Source: Neodothiora populina (lineage: Eukaryota). Taken from it: a DNA stretch of 64,000 nucleotides. Below the pieces are notes generated by a model that ran no database searches, was not told the DNA's origin, and was given only the letters and a program-made list of their open reading frames with translations. Below are positions 23,567 to 35,748 of this stretch, in pieces. The first letter of the stretch is position 1; each line of letters opens with the position of its first letter. The position numbers and the translations under genes were made by a program. Where the stretch lies: the NCBI RefSeq assembly GCF_041146345.1, contig NW_027191402.1, positions 682,001-746,000 on the forward strand, read 5' to 3'.

Positions 23567-24754
23567 ATGGCAGATATTCCCCAGCACGAAAGCCAAGAAG
23601 GCTCGTTCCACGAATCACTACAAGAGCTCCGAACGCAGCTCGACAGAATGAACCAGCGGACGACCGCATTCCTGCTGCCTAGAGTACATGACCCAGAGCA
23701 ACATGAACTGCATGACCATGCTCTCGCTCTTCCGAGCGGCCCAGCCTTCTGGCAGCTCTATCGTGCCCTGCGCAGCGATATTCGTGGTCTGGACGCTAGG
23801 ATTGAACATATTGAAGATCGCCTCGAGGAATTTAGTGATAGACTTGAAGCCGTGGAACCCCCAAAGCGAACACCCCCTGAATCACTTGTGAACGACAAAC
23901 ATGATGAAGCCTCCGACAGTAACAAACCTTGTACCGATCCAACCACCCCTTGCCCATATGGACAACCTACAACGGATGGTACAAGACAACTTCCCATTGC
24001 AGATGTCTCTGACGTTTTGATATTCGACGACACTTGCAACGACGACTCATCCCAGAGCAGCACATCTGACGTCTACGCTTTCCTCGCCCGGCTCAAACAA
24101 ACTTCAACCAACAAATCTCTCGTGCATCCTGAGCGGTTCCTCCGTGGTGTCGCACTACAACTGTTCAAATCAGGATGGCAAGCCTCGGGCAAAAACGCCT
24201 ACACGCAAGCCTCGGGCGAGCTCGACATTCGTGCATTTGAGAAAGTGCTGCTTCCAGCAGTCGGACCAGCCGCCGACGACATCCTGAACAAAGAAACCTA
24301 CACGCTCGACGACTTGCGCAGCGGGCGCGATATGGTGAAAGACTACGCGCTCAAGAAACTCGATGTGGGCCGCTACCTGCCCATCGACGACGAGTGGAAG
24401 AAGCTCGAGACCATCTTCAGATCGATCCGCATGGGCATCCGTGTGCCGTACGCTCACCAGTCGTGGCCGAAACACAGCGGCTCTGACAACGAGACGGTCG
24501 CTGAGTTCCTTGCGCGTTTGCGTCAGGTCCAGGTCTCGCTGGCTCGACAGCATAGGGTTCATCGGAGTGAACATGAGAGGCCTGCGCCTTGTCCTTCCGG
24601 TAGTCGGTATGCTCCATCGACGTCCTCGTCGGCGTCATCGTCGGCGCAAGCCTCGCAGCGTGCGGATCGTCGTGGTGGTAGAGCTCGTGTTCTGAATCGT
24701 GATAATGCCACGTTTTATGTCATGGGTAAGGATGGTCTTTTGGAGACGATATAA
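23567..24754 (+). CDS. Hypothetical protein with N-terminal coiled coil
   Basis: 395-codon ORF from ATG 23567 (within ORF 23525-24754), C-ending codon bias in 3' half; no family recognised. Confidence 0.6.
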   Translation: MADIPQHESQEGSFHESLQELRTQLDRMNQRTTAFLLPRVHDPEQHELHDHALALPSGPAFWQLYRALRSDIRGLDARIEHIEDRLEEFSDRLEAVEPPKRTPPESLVNDKHDEASDSNKPCTDPTTPCPYGQPTTDGTRQLPIADVSDVLIFDDTCNDDSSQSSTSDVYAFLARLKQTSTNKSLVHPERFLRGVALQLFKSGWQASGKNAYTQASGELDIRAFEKVLLPAVGPAADDILNKETYTLDDLRSGRDMVKDYALKKLDVGRYLPIDDEWKKLETIFRSIRMGIRVPYAHQSWPKHSGSDNETVAEFLARLRQVQVSLARQHRVHRSEHERPAPCPSGSRYAPSTSSSASSSAQASQRADRRGGRARVLNRDNATFYVMGKDGLLETI

Positions 24755-25246
24755 CAATGCGTATCCGAAGGGAGGTGATCCTGGCTTTCAGTTTTAGGGA
24801 TTCTGACTCGGTTGGGACATGGCCTCCTCTGCCTTTTTCTCTGTTATGTTTGGTCATTTACCTCAAGAAAGGGATGGGTTTGGTTCATGCTTACTTGACG
24901 ACGACAACGATAATGTAGGGTTTGGCGTTCTTTCTGTCATTGATAATCTCGGGTTTTGCGTAAGCAGAGGCACATGGTACCATCAGATTGAGATATAAAA
25001 TAAACCAGTCACTGCGTAAAGCAAGGAAGCCGAATTCAAAGGTATGGAAATGATATTGTTAATTTTCATTCTATTTCCGTCTTGATCCGATCCTGTTAGC
25101 GCTAGAGGTATATACATCAAAATTCATGAGCAACCAGCCGGGCGAGCAAAAGAAGAAAAGCAAAGGACTGCCTTTATGAAGACGCCGCGCCTGCAGGGCA
25201 CGCACTCCTGTTGACAGGTTCACAAAGGGGCCCATCAAGTAGCTCC

Positions 25247-26041
25247 TCAAAGACTGCCACGGCGCGGCACACTGACACCCTCGAGAGCGGCATTGTCAGT
25301 AAACCAGCTGACCTTGTCTCCGGCGCCCTCATTCACGAGTCCACAGGGCAAAGCGCGGCCCTCCTCGGTCTCGAAGATCTTCTTGAAGATGTCCTTCTTG
25401 CCAGCACCGGTCGCGACAAAGGCGATCTTGGCGCCATGCAGGACGACGGGCAGACTCAGAGTGATGCGCTTCGATGGGGGCTTCGGCGAGTCGGAGATGC
25501 TGAGACACCAGGCGGCCGTCTCCCTCAGCAGAGGGTGCTCCGGGAAGAGCGAGCACGTGTGACCGTCGGGGCCGCAGCCGAGCAGCAGCAGGTCAAAGCC
25601 AGGCAGCTTGACCGAGTCGCGCGCTGCGAAGACGGCGACGAGCTGCTTCTCGTACTGGTCGGCCATTTCTTGTGCGTCGTCGAGGTACTTTTCGTCAATG
25701 GGGAAGACCTTGGGCTCGCCTAGCTCTTCGGTGTTGATCTTGTCGAGCAGCTCCTCCTTGAGAAGCTTGTAGTTGCTGTCCTCGTGGGTCAGAGGGACGC
25801 AGCGCTCGTCGGCGAAGAAGATCTCCCATTTGCCAAAGTCGACCTTGTCGGCGGCACTGCCGTCACCTTTGGGTAGGAGGGCCTGGGCGAGAGTCTTGGG
25901 TAGAGAACCACCGGAGACTGCGACTCGGAAGGTCGAGTGACGCTCTATGGCGGCGTTTTGCTGAGCGAGCACGTACTGACGCAGGGTCGGAGCGAGCTCG
26001 GACACGGAAGGGAAACTGTAAACATTTGGGGGTTTGCCCAT
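25247..26041 (-). CDS. 6-phosphogluconolactonase (Sol/Pgl)
   Basis: VAVSGGSLP, FFADERCVP, DSNY, FDLLLLGCGPDGHTCSLFP, DSPKPP.KRITL; strongly biased codons; intronless. Confidence 0.95.
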   Translation of the reverse strand: MGKPPNVYSFPSVSELAPTLRQYVLAQQNAAIERHSTFRVAVSGGSLPKTLAQALLPKGDGSAADKVDFGKWEIFFADERCVPLTHEDSNYKLLKEELLDKINTEELGEPKVFPIDEKYLDDAQEMADQYEKQLVAVFAARDSVKLPGFDLLLLGCGPDGHTCSLFPEHPLLRETAAWCLSISDSPKPPSKRITLSLPVVLHGAKIAFVATGAGKKDIFKKIFETEEGRALPCGLVNEGAGDKVSWFTDNAALEGVSVPRRGSL

Positions 26042-28127
26042 TGTGGTGGTCGTGGGGCGGTGGTGACGCGGATAAGGTGGGATCGAGTGTTTGCGTAAGA
26101 GCTATGTGTGGAATATTTCTCGATGATTGTTCCTCTTTTTGTCTGTGATCTTGGGACGAGATGGGTTGATTGCTTGAGCTGTGAGAGTCAAGTGTGAATT
26201 GAGGATTGGTGGGGGGAAAGAAAAGAGAGGGAGATGTGCAGCTGCAGACGATCTTGCAGCAACAGGAAAGGCAGAACTTCGTTATCGCGTTCCTGCCTTC
26301 TGTGCAAGAGCAACCCACGGATGACGTTTCACACACCGAAATCTGATACCTGTACCGCATTCTCGTCCGATCGCGCTCATCACGAAACTCAAAGTCTGGT
26401 CTTGGCATGACATGGGTGCTTTACCTATACCTTTTTGACCTTCTTAGTGGACGGGTAGAGCTACCTAGGTACCTAAGGTACAGTACCTTACCTCAGCACT
26501 GGACGGCGGGCAGTAGTACTGTAGGTAAGGTAGTGGCTGCAGCACAAGTACGATATCAAGCACCTCGTTTGATCCCAAAATAGCTTCACGTCAAGCTGGT
26601 GCCGTGTCTTACTACCTACCGTATGCAATGAGCATCTGTGATCCATGAGGAAGCCGAGGAGGGATCGCAAAGTATGAAGTCTGCAGAGTCGCTCGCCTTA
26701 CTTTATTGCATGTCTGTACATTCAGTAGTCGCGACGGCGCGGTTGATCGGGAACGGCTGGAACTCCGCTTTCATCATGCGTTTCTGCGTCTGCTTCACAT
26801 TGGCGAGTCACATCGGTGTGTTGGGTGGATTTTGGATTCTACGTTAATTTAGTCAGTGACCCACACTATCATTCTTCCACACCGCGCTCGAGAATGCCAC
26901 TGGTCGCACACGTACTTATTGTACACACGTACAGTATTACTGTACAGTATGTGCTTGCCACGTTCGACTGAATCGGCATCTTCTCGCCGTATTTTGTACA
27001 CAATTGGATACACAGCAAGTATCGTATCCGAGCTGTGTCCAGTGTCTTGACTTGACCGATAAACACAATGACAGCGACAGTCCTCGATAGACCCACCTTT
27101 GGAAAGCTTTCTTAGGGCTTCTCTACAGTACGGACTTAGACTATGCTATGCTGGCATGTGGACTTGTCCTAAAATGTTTCCATACCGGTGTCCGCCTTCC
27201 TCAGGCTTCTTTAAGTTCTATCATGGAAGCTGGCTATACCAGCGCGAGAGATAGGACCCAGAATGACAAAGGGCCGGTGATTGAACCTAGATCTCATAGA
27301 AACACACGGAAGGCCATGCACAAATGTCGCACAGCACGTGCGATTGCATGCATGGCCTGATCTACGGGTGTTATGAACTCTGAGTAGAAAGCTTGTCGAC
27401 CTCACAAAATAGAAGCAGACAGTCACACACCAGACCGTCGTCGCTACTTGTAATTCATGTACGCCGCATGCAGCACCTTTGGCCGTGGGGCCGTGCAGCT
27501 TTGATCTCTATCCACGATACTTTCAAAACTGCCGATCTCGCTGTAGTGCTTTCCTACACTTAGTCTGGGAGAGAAAAGCGTGAAGCATCTCCTACAGACA
27601 GAGTACGAAGCGTTGCTCCATGACTGAGGTACATCGACTGGTCGAGCACACGGTATCCGTAGAAACAGAAGGTATAGTAACCAGGTGATCATTGCTCGCC
27701 CCGATTGCTGGGCCTCGATCATAGCATACACTGTCATAGAAGTATGCCAACCCAGACTGAGCATCATCAACAAGTGTGGACAGGGTCACATCCGTGAACA
27801 TCTGGCTATGAACCACATGTCTGTGCACAATAGTCGAGGCTTCGGAGGAACAAAAAGAAGCTCGAGCAAACTCCGGGACCCGCATTTCCCCAGGTCTTTC
27901 TTCTACAAAAAAGTATTCTCCAGAGGAAAAGGGAAATTTCATTTATTTATTTCCATTGACATCTTCTTCGTAATCTACTAATTTTTGTTTCTGTCATCTG
28001 CCTCAACATATAGAAGAAGAATATATTCTCAACCGACTAGATTATCATCCAGGATCAAGAGAGGCAAAAAGAGTGTAGTGTCGCAGGGGATCAATCGCGA
28101 CAGGAAACAAGAGCAGAGAAAAGAGAA

Positions 28128-30632
28128 ATGGCCGACGATGGCATGCTCCTGAATTTCGCCGTGCCGGACGAGCCATGGCAGTCCGCCCGCCCGACTTTAA
28201 AGGGCGGCAGATGGAAGGATAGACTAACGGCGAGGAAAGCCATGCAATACGGCCGCGGACGAGAGGCCACGAGCAACAAAGCAGCAACAACAGACGGAAG
28301 CAAAGCCGACAATACGCAGGCGACGAAAAACGCAAACTACGCTCCTCTGGGTGTCAGGAAAGCAGCCGGCGATCACGATGCCACAGCAGCAGCAGCGACG
28401 GCAAAACCGCGCGCTTTCGATTACGGAGACGCAGCGGGACAGTATGCTGCTCGCCCGGTCAAGCGACAGAGAGTCGATGATCCTCATTTTCGCCCCTCGA
28501 ATACGCCCAGAAACGGAATGAGGAATGGTCCCATGCCTCATCATCTCGGCGGAGAACAAGTGAGAGTGGGTCCGAAACAGGTCATCTCGTCGCTGTTCAC
28601 CTATAACCCCGAGTCGACCTATGTGGCTCCCGAAGAGCCAGAGGAAGCTGCAGACGAGGCACCGGTCGAGCCATCCAATGCGCCGCTCAGTCCGGAACTG
28701 CAGAACTTCACATCGCTGGGGCTCTCGCCGAGCGTAGGCCAGCATCTGCTCAACAAGATGCAAATCAAGGCTCCGACCTCGATTCAGAAGAAGGCGGTCG
28801 AGCAGCTGGTCAAAGAAGATTCCGACGCTTTCATACAGGCCCAGACGGGTTCTGGTAAAACTCTTGCATATCTCCTGCCTATTGTCCAGAGACTCATCAA
28901 CATCTCCGACACGTCCAAGAAGATCAACGGGTCCGGCCTCAGCAGAGACGCCGGTCTCTTCGCCATCATCCTTGCTCCCACCCGCGAACTCAGCAAGCAG
29001 ATCTCGACCGTTCTGGAAGGCCTGTTGGGCTGCGCGCATTGGTTGGTCACGGGCACAGTGATAGGAGGAGAGAAGAAAAAGTCGGAAAAGGCACGTTTGA
29101 GGAAAGGCTTGAACATTCTGGTCGCTACACCCGGTCGTCTAGCAGATCACTTGGAACACACGGAAGCAATGGACGTGAGCAACGTGCGCTGGCTGGTACT
29201 TGACGAGGGAGATCGCCTCATGGAACTTGGATTCGAGCAGGACATCCAGAAAATCGTGTCCATCTTGAATCTGCGCATGCGCAAAGTCCAGACGACCGAG
29301 ATCCCTGGGCTGCCAGAAAGGAGAACTGCAGTGCTCTGTTCGGCCACCATCAAGAACGACGTCAACCGACTCGGCAGCATCACCCTCAAGGATGCGGTAT
29401 CTATTTCTGCGGAGCCGTCAGAGCAGGATGAAAACGGAGAGCAAGCCGAGGCCGCCTTCTCTGCACCCGCACAGCTGAAGCAGTCTTACGCCGTTGTGCC
29501 CGCCAAACTTCGTCTGGTCACGTTGGTTGGTATACTGAAGCGGGCATTTGCAAGGAAAGGGTCCGTCATGAAGACTATTGTGTTCATTTCTTGTGCAGAC
29601 TCGGTCGATTTTCACTTCGAGGCTCTCGCTCGTAAGGAGGACCAGACCCCCGAAGAGAAAGCCGAAGAAAAGAAGATCGAGGAAGAGGCCGACGAGGAGA
29701 AGAAAGAAAAGGCACTGCGAGACAAGATGAACCCAGTCCCCAGCAAGAGTAGAAGCATCAAGCAGGGTGGCACCATCGAAGACACATGCACCGAGGCTGC
29801 TTCCTCCAGTATTTCCGGCAAGGACAACCCCGTCACCGTCTTCCGTCTTCACGGCTCTCTCCCACAAGCCGTCAGAACTAACACGCTGAAACAATTCTCC
29901 AACTGCAAGGGTGCAGCTGTACTGGTGTGTACCGACGTTGCTTCGCGTGGTCTGGATCTCCCAAACGTCGACTTCGTCATCGAGTATGATCCCGCATTCA
30001 GCAAGGATGACCATCTCCATCGCATTGGACGTACTGCGCGTGCAGGACGCGAAGGCAGATCTCTTATCTTTCTGCAACCCGGCAACGAGGAAGGATACGT
30101 CGAGATCCTCAAAGAAGGCCGCAGCGATGGCGGTCGCGGCTTGACAAGGCACGAGGCCGACGAGCTTCTAAAGAAGGGCTTCATGCCGTCGACTGGCAAA
30201 GTGTTGAGTAGACGCGATTGGGAGGACAAGGCGACAGACTGGCAACTTGATGTTGAGCGATGGGCGATAGAGAACCCCAAGCATCTCGAGCAAGCACGCC
30301 GTGCCTACCAGAGCCACATAAGAGCATACGCCACTCACGTCGCTGCCGAGCGCGAGATTTTCAACATTAAGACCTTACATCTTGGTCATTTGGCCAAGGC
30401 ATTCGCACTGAGAGACAAGCCTGGCAGTATCAAGGTCCCCGGACAGCGTCCTGGCAAGAACGAGGCAGACAAGAACAAGGGTGAGCGCAAGGCCAAGGCC
30501 AGAATCGCAGGAGGAGCGGGAGGCTTCAGCAAGGACGATCTCCCAGAGATGACCACGGAGCGGGAAGCCAGGAAAAAGATGCGTGTCAAGATGAGGGAGA
30601 TGGGCGGCGCGTCCGAGTTCAATTTGGGATAG
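28128..30632 (+). CDS. DBP7: ATP-dependent DEAD-box RNA helicase Dbp7
   Basis: MADDGMLLNF N-terminus, AQTGSGKT, PTREL, GGEKKKSEKARLRKG, DEGD, SAT, HRIGRTAR, HIRAYATH, LHLGHLAKAFALR, SEFN C-terminus. Confidence 0.95.
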   Translation: MADDGMLLNFAVPDEPWQSARPTLKGGRWKDRLTARKAMQYGRGREATSNKAATTDGSKADNTQATKNANYAPLGVRKAAGDHDATAAAATAKPRAFDYGDAAGQYAARPVKRQRVDDPHFRPSNTPRNGMRNGPMPHHLGGEQVRVGPKQVISSLFTYNPESTYVAPEEPEEAADEAPVEPSNAPLSPELQNFTSLGLSPSVGQHLLNKMQIKAPTSIQKKAVEQLVKEDSDAFIQAQTGSGKTLAYLLPIVQRLINISDTSKKINGSGLSRDAGLFAIILAPTRELSKQISTVLEGLLGCAHWLVTGTVIGGEKKKSEKARLRKGLNILVATPGRLADHLEHTEAMDVSNVRWLVLDEGDRLMELGFEQDIQKIVSILNLRMRKVQTTEIPGLPERRTAVLCSATIKNDVNRLGSITLKDAVSISAEPSEQDENGEQAEAAFSAPAQLKQSYAVVPAKLRLVTLVGILKRAFARKGSVMKTIVFISCADSVDFHFEALARKEDQTPEEKAEEKKIEEEADEEKKEKALRDKMNPVPSKSRSIKQGGTIEDTCTEAASSSISGKDNPVTVFRLHGSLPQAVRTNTLKQFSNCKGAAVLVCTDVASRGLDLPNVDFVIEYDPAFSKDDHLHRIGRTARAGREGRSLIFLQPGNEEGYVEILKEGRSDGGRGLTRHEADELLKKGFMPSTGKVLSRRDWEDKATDWQLDVERWAIENPKHLEQARRAYQSHIRAYATHVAAEREIFNIKTLHLGHLAKAFALRDKPGSIKVPGQRPGKNEADKNKGERKAKARIAGGAGGFSKDDLPEMTTEREARKKMRVKMREMGGASEFNLG

Positions 30633-30664
30633 AAGCGGGCTTAGCCAATAATAAGACGAACATT

Positions 30665-32059
30665 TCAGTAAATGTCCCAAAGCGAAACCTTTCCGTCTTT
30701 GGCGCCTGCTGCTAGCCAATGTGTCGTCTGCGCTTTGATGTTACGCTTCTGCTCGACAGTGAGATAAGGCTCGAGAGAAGCCTTACCAGCTGAGTCGTCA
30801 GCATCATGGGAATCGGGGAGTACTGTCCCCACAGGGTGTGAAAGATCTGCAAATGCAAGCGCGTAGCAACCTTGTTTGTGCCACTTCAAGACGGCCAGTT
30901 CTCGCATCGTCTTGACCGAGTAGACACGTATGCGTCCGTCCCACCCAGCCGTTGCAAAAACCTTCTCATCGGAACGAACCCTGAGGGCTTGCTGGCCAGA
31001 ATGCTTGGTCTGAACTTGCTTGGTCAATTCATCAGTTACGGGTGTGTCGGCTATGGTCAACGGATGTCGTGCAACAAGCGCATCTGCTGCAGATGTAAAG
31101 TAGGCAGAATGCGTCTCAGCCATATCCAGAGACAAGACTGGCTGCTCGTGTACTCTGCCAATATATGCGGTCTTCCAGCCGGCTTCGAGGGAGGGCTTGT
31201 GCCACAGACATGTGTGGCCGCTCTCGAAGCCCGCGATTACCGTCAGATCATCAACTAAATAGGTGATTTTTAATGCCATAACCATTCCTATATGGGGTCA
31301 GCCCTGAGCTCAACGTACGTTTCGGGAAGTCTCCTTATCAGTAATTTCTGCAGATACCTGTTTTGATGCCTTTTGGCGCTCCTATCGTGAATAGCCTCTC
31401 TTGGCTTGGCAGAGAATAGATTTCGACCTCACCCTCTCGTCGGCCTGGAACAGCAAGGAATATGGAAGAGGCGTCGTCATCATTCTTTTCCAGAGCATTT
31501 GCCGGACACTGCGCAAAGGAACAAAAGTTGAGTGTGTTCACTTCCAGGGATTGCAGCAGCCACGGCTCGGCTCGTCTAGTGATGTCGTCTTCGATTGGTA
31601 GAATAGTAGAGAACATTGGCTCATCAGACTCACGAAGTTGCCACACGAGCAATTTGGTATCCCTGCCATGACTTACATGATGCATATCAGCCTCAGTGGT
31701 CACTTTTGAACATGACACGCCGATCATGCCACCCATTCGCGACTGTGACTTGTCTTCGAGCCATGTGAAAAAGAGTTCGCTCCATGACCCAACCCGGCGC
31801 AGGCGACTCACGTGATGATCTTATCGTCGTTCCATGATCCTAGGCCCAGGATAGCTCCTTCGTGAGCTCTCCAGACGGCGACTGGTCGTTTCGACGCCAG
31901 GCTCCAGAGCACCAGCCAACCCTGGGCATCACCTGTCAATAGGCGAGTATTGTGGCGCAAAAAGCATACACTATGGATCTGAGCACTGTGGCCTCGAAGA
32001 ACGTAGTCAGGCTGAGGTGCAGGCAGAGTCGAAGACTGTATCTGGTGGTCGGATGTCAT
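30665..32059 (-). CDS. ASA1: ASTRA-associated protein 1 (WD40); exons 32059-31812, 31671-31358, 31287-30665
   Basis: [22 protein letters not shown] rebuilt across intron 31672-31811, [46 protein letters not shown]. Confidence 0.9.
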
Positions 32060-33244
32060 GTTCACAGTAAATGTCAAGGGCTGTCAGATCGGAAATCGGA
32101 AGATTGAATCGGTCGCTTAAGTCTATTTATCAGTAGGTCGGAGCGAAACGAGAAGCAGTTCGGTGGATCCATGGATCCATGCAGCGCGTCGTCGCTTAAC
32201 CTTGCTCTCCGGTTTGGCAGATCTCCAAGAAATTTACAGAGATTAATCCATCAGCATCATCGCTGCTGGATTCACGCGCTGATGTTGGACAACGCATAAT
32301 CCAAAGACAGGATATGCATGGAGAACCGCGAGGATTATTCGTATCACGTTCTCCAATATCATCGAATTGTGCAATTCCCGGCATATCGGATATGTCTCAA
32401 CTACTGTAGACAGCTAGACAGGCTGCGTTAGGTGGACGACGACCTGAGGGGTTCTGGCCAAGGGTAGATAATAGCCGGGAATGGCAGCTGCAATCGAAGA
32501 GGGCCTCGCCTCGCCTCGCCACAAATGCTTCATCACGTCCTCCCTCTCTCTTCAACCTTCTCATTCTGTTTTCCCCAGGATAATTATCGCCGAGTCTCCC
32601 TCTCCATTGCCGTCACCTTTTGGATCAGAGAGAGTACCTTTTTTGTAGAGCTATCTTGACCGATAGCGCGTTGTTTACTTGATTATCGCCTTGGGCGCGA
32701 TTACCTGATCTATCCCATGCGCATGTGAATATCGCAGAATTTCGACTAATACGAGTGCATGGATTCTGATCCCAGCACTATACAGTAGCTGACGTCTATA
32801 CTTTTACCATCAAGCGGTGGAACCACATCGCGATCCACTTCTGCATTTAGCAGCAACCATCTCCGAAACACTGGTCTTTTCTGGACGGCATTGAAGAGAC
32901 TGCCATATCTCATCTTTACCAGCATCCTTTCCACGATTTAGTGCTCGTGCAATTCAGACAAAGCGCGAAGTCTTGCCTGTTCAGCCAGCGCGAGCGATCT
33001 CGTGAAGCGAAGACAAAGTTTTGGTGACGTTTTCTGCCTGGTCGCGTAACAGCAGCGATAGAGAAACGCACAGAGATCAAGGTTGCGATCCGGTGGAAAC
33101 TGGATATCAAAAGCTTGCTTCGACAACTACGCGCAGATACTTCTTGCACAACGGAAAGCATTGCAACGCACTACGTGATAAGCTTCCATCACAGGTCCTC
33201 AGACCACATCACCGCGAGCAGGTAGAAGCGACGAGGTCGGTCTG

Positions 33245-33615
33245 ATGACTGTACCTCAGGCTGATGGCAGCAATGGCTCAGAACAGCCTGCTCCGGCCAA
33301 CAAGCCGAAGCGCGTCCGTACAGGATGCTTGACCTGCAGAGAGCGCCATCTGAAATGCGATGAGGGCATGCCCAATTGCCAAAACTGTCGCAAATCAAAT
33401 CGCACGTGCAAGCGGGGTTTGCGCTTGAACTTCATCGATATCGTCTGCAAGGCTCCCCCCCACCTCGTCACTTGTCTTCCGCACGAATGGGATGTCAGAT
33501 TCGAGGATGAATCACGGGAGATTGCATCGGAATATATGGGTGGAGCAGAGAGATATGGTGGAAAGGATCTACAGCAACATCAAGCGGCCACTGCAGCTTC
33601 GTTGATCTCACTGCA

Positions 33616-33646
<31 letters not shown>

Positions 33647-35748
33647 CAGCATCATCATCAGTTACAACAGCAGCAGCAACAGCAACAACAACAAGTCATG
33701 AACAATCACAACTTACATCCTCAAGCGCAACAGCAGATTCATCAGCAACAACAGGTGCATCAACAACAGCAGCAGCAGCAGCAGCAACACCAGCAACAGC
33801 AACAGCACATGTCACAGTACCCCGAGCCGTCACATAATGCCTACGACTATGCCACTGCGACTGCATCATCTGCGCCTTCCATGCAGTACCAACCCCTCCC
33901 TTCCATCCAAGGTATAATGCCCGAGACATATCCCAACGCACATGAGGACCACACGCAACAGCAGCAAATAAAGTACGACCCGCCCTCCTCGTCTCACGAT
34001 CCTTATCATGGAAGTGCGCAATCCAATAATGACTCTCCATTCTCAGCACACAACATTGGGCGCAGTTCGGTATCCACCTACAGCCAACAAGAACAAGAGA
34101 TGGACCTCAATGATGGAAAGAAAGAGTTCCTCACCACACAAGAAGAAACATTGTTCATGCAGGTTTTTGTGGAGGAAGTTGGTCTGTGGATGGACAGCAT
34201 GGATCCGATGAAACATGTTCGTGGAGAGCCCATTTGATATAATGCGAGACTTGCCTCGGTTGCTGACTATCCTAGTTCTCTCGCCTCTTGCCATTCCATT
34301 CGTTACAGGAACCTATGCTACTCAATGCCTTTTTGGCTTGTGGCGCCCGACATTTGACTTTAGTAAACCCTGCTTACAGCGAAGAGAAAGCGTTGCATTA
34401 CTACGATACTGCGACCAGACATCTGCTTAAGAACTTGCAAAATCCGAACCGCGATACCGTCATCTGCGCCACCACTGCGGTCATCCTCAACGTCTATGAG
34501 ATTATGAGTGAGCGCGCTCTGCAGCGCATGAACCACATTGCAGGGGCCAGAGCACTCATCAAGGAGTGCGGATGGAATGCAAGAGCTCAGGGCATCGGCG
34601 CCGCTTGTTTCTGGCTCAACGTCGGTCTGGAAGTTCTCAGCTGTCTTCACTTCAACTGGCAGGTTGCTTGGGACCCGGATGACTGGGGTATCGACATGGA
34701 CTTCACTCGCGAAGTTCATAACGGCCGTGAAGAAATCTGGACTCACCGTATGCTCTTCATCGTCGCCAAGGTCGCTAATTTTCGCGCAACGATACCGCGT
34801 TCACGCGAGGTCAATCCCCGTGATGAGGAGTACCGTCGATCCAACAGGTTCCAGGAGTGGCAGAAGCTGAAAGCATGGGCTGATGCATGGAATGAGAACA
34901 TACCACGCACTATGCATCCTATGGCATACCTATATCCATATCAAACCACGTCGAAGTCTTGCTTCCCGGAGGTATGGTTGATCAAGAGATCGACGATTGT
35001 GGCTCGCCTTTTCTACCACACTGTCGTGATGCTGCTCGCACAGATACACCCGTACCTCGGGCCTGAAGTCGCAGAGATGAACGAGCTGCAACATCGCCAT
35101 TGCCAAATGATCTGTGGTATTGTGGCCCATGTCAAAGATCGGTCAGTCATGATTTATATTCTTGATACGTGTCACGTATACTAACCTCATTGCAGGGGAG
35201 TCGCAAGCGTCGCAATTCGTTCATTGGCCCATGCCGCAGAATGCTTGACAGAGCGCCGCGAGCAAGAGGAAGTCATTGAGATATTTCGCAGAATCAACCG
35301 GGAAACCGGCTGGCGCATCGCATTTGTGTTCAAGGAGTTGAAAGAAAAATGGGGATGGCAGGACGATACCCCACAACAGCAGCAGTTACAACACCAGCAA
35401 GCCCAGCAACAACCGCTGACCCCCATCGAGGCGTTGAACAGCCAGCAGACAGTGCTTCAGTCGGCGGCACCTGTCCAGCAACAGCAGTACCAGCGGTATA
35501 GTGCCAACAACAGCTTGGGTGGCGTAGGTCTTGCCCCTCAGCAGGCGGTTGCGGTAGTGGCCACTGCTCCTGCGCCCGCGGCTGTCGCTGTACCTGCGCC
35601 TGCAGCTCCGCCACAGAGGTCTCGTATGCCAAGTGGAATCATGAACCCCATTTATGCCAACGCAGACTTCACTATGCCCAGCCATCCGTACCAGAACGTC
35701 TACGTAGCGCCCAATACTGTTCCTGCGGTACATGCACTGTACTACTAG
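33245..35748 (+). CDS. Zn(II)2Cys6 transcription factor with poly-Q tract and fungal-specific TF domain; exons 33245-34216, 34276-35141, 35196-35748 (an extra 5' exon is possible)
   Basis: RVRTGCLTCRERHLKCDEGMPNCQNCRKSNRTC; introns 34217-34275 and 35142-35195 keep frame (KH|FSR, KDR|GVA). Confidence 0.92.
33614..33808 (+). repeat. Mixed CAG/CAA tracts encoding interrupted poly-Gln/His
   Basis: Read directly from sequence. Confidence 0.9.
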
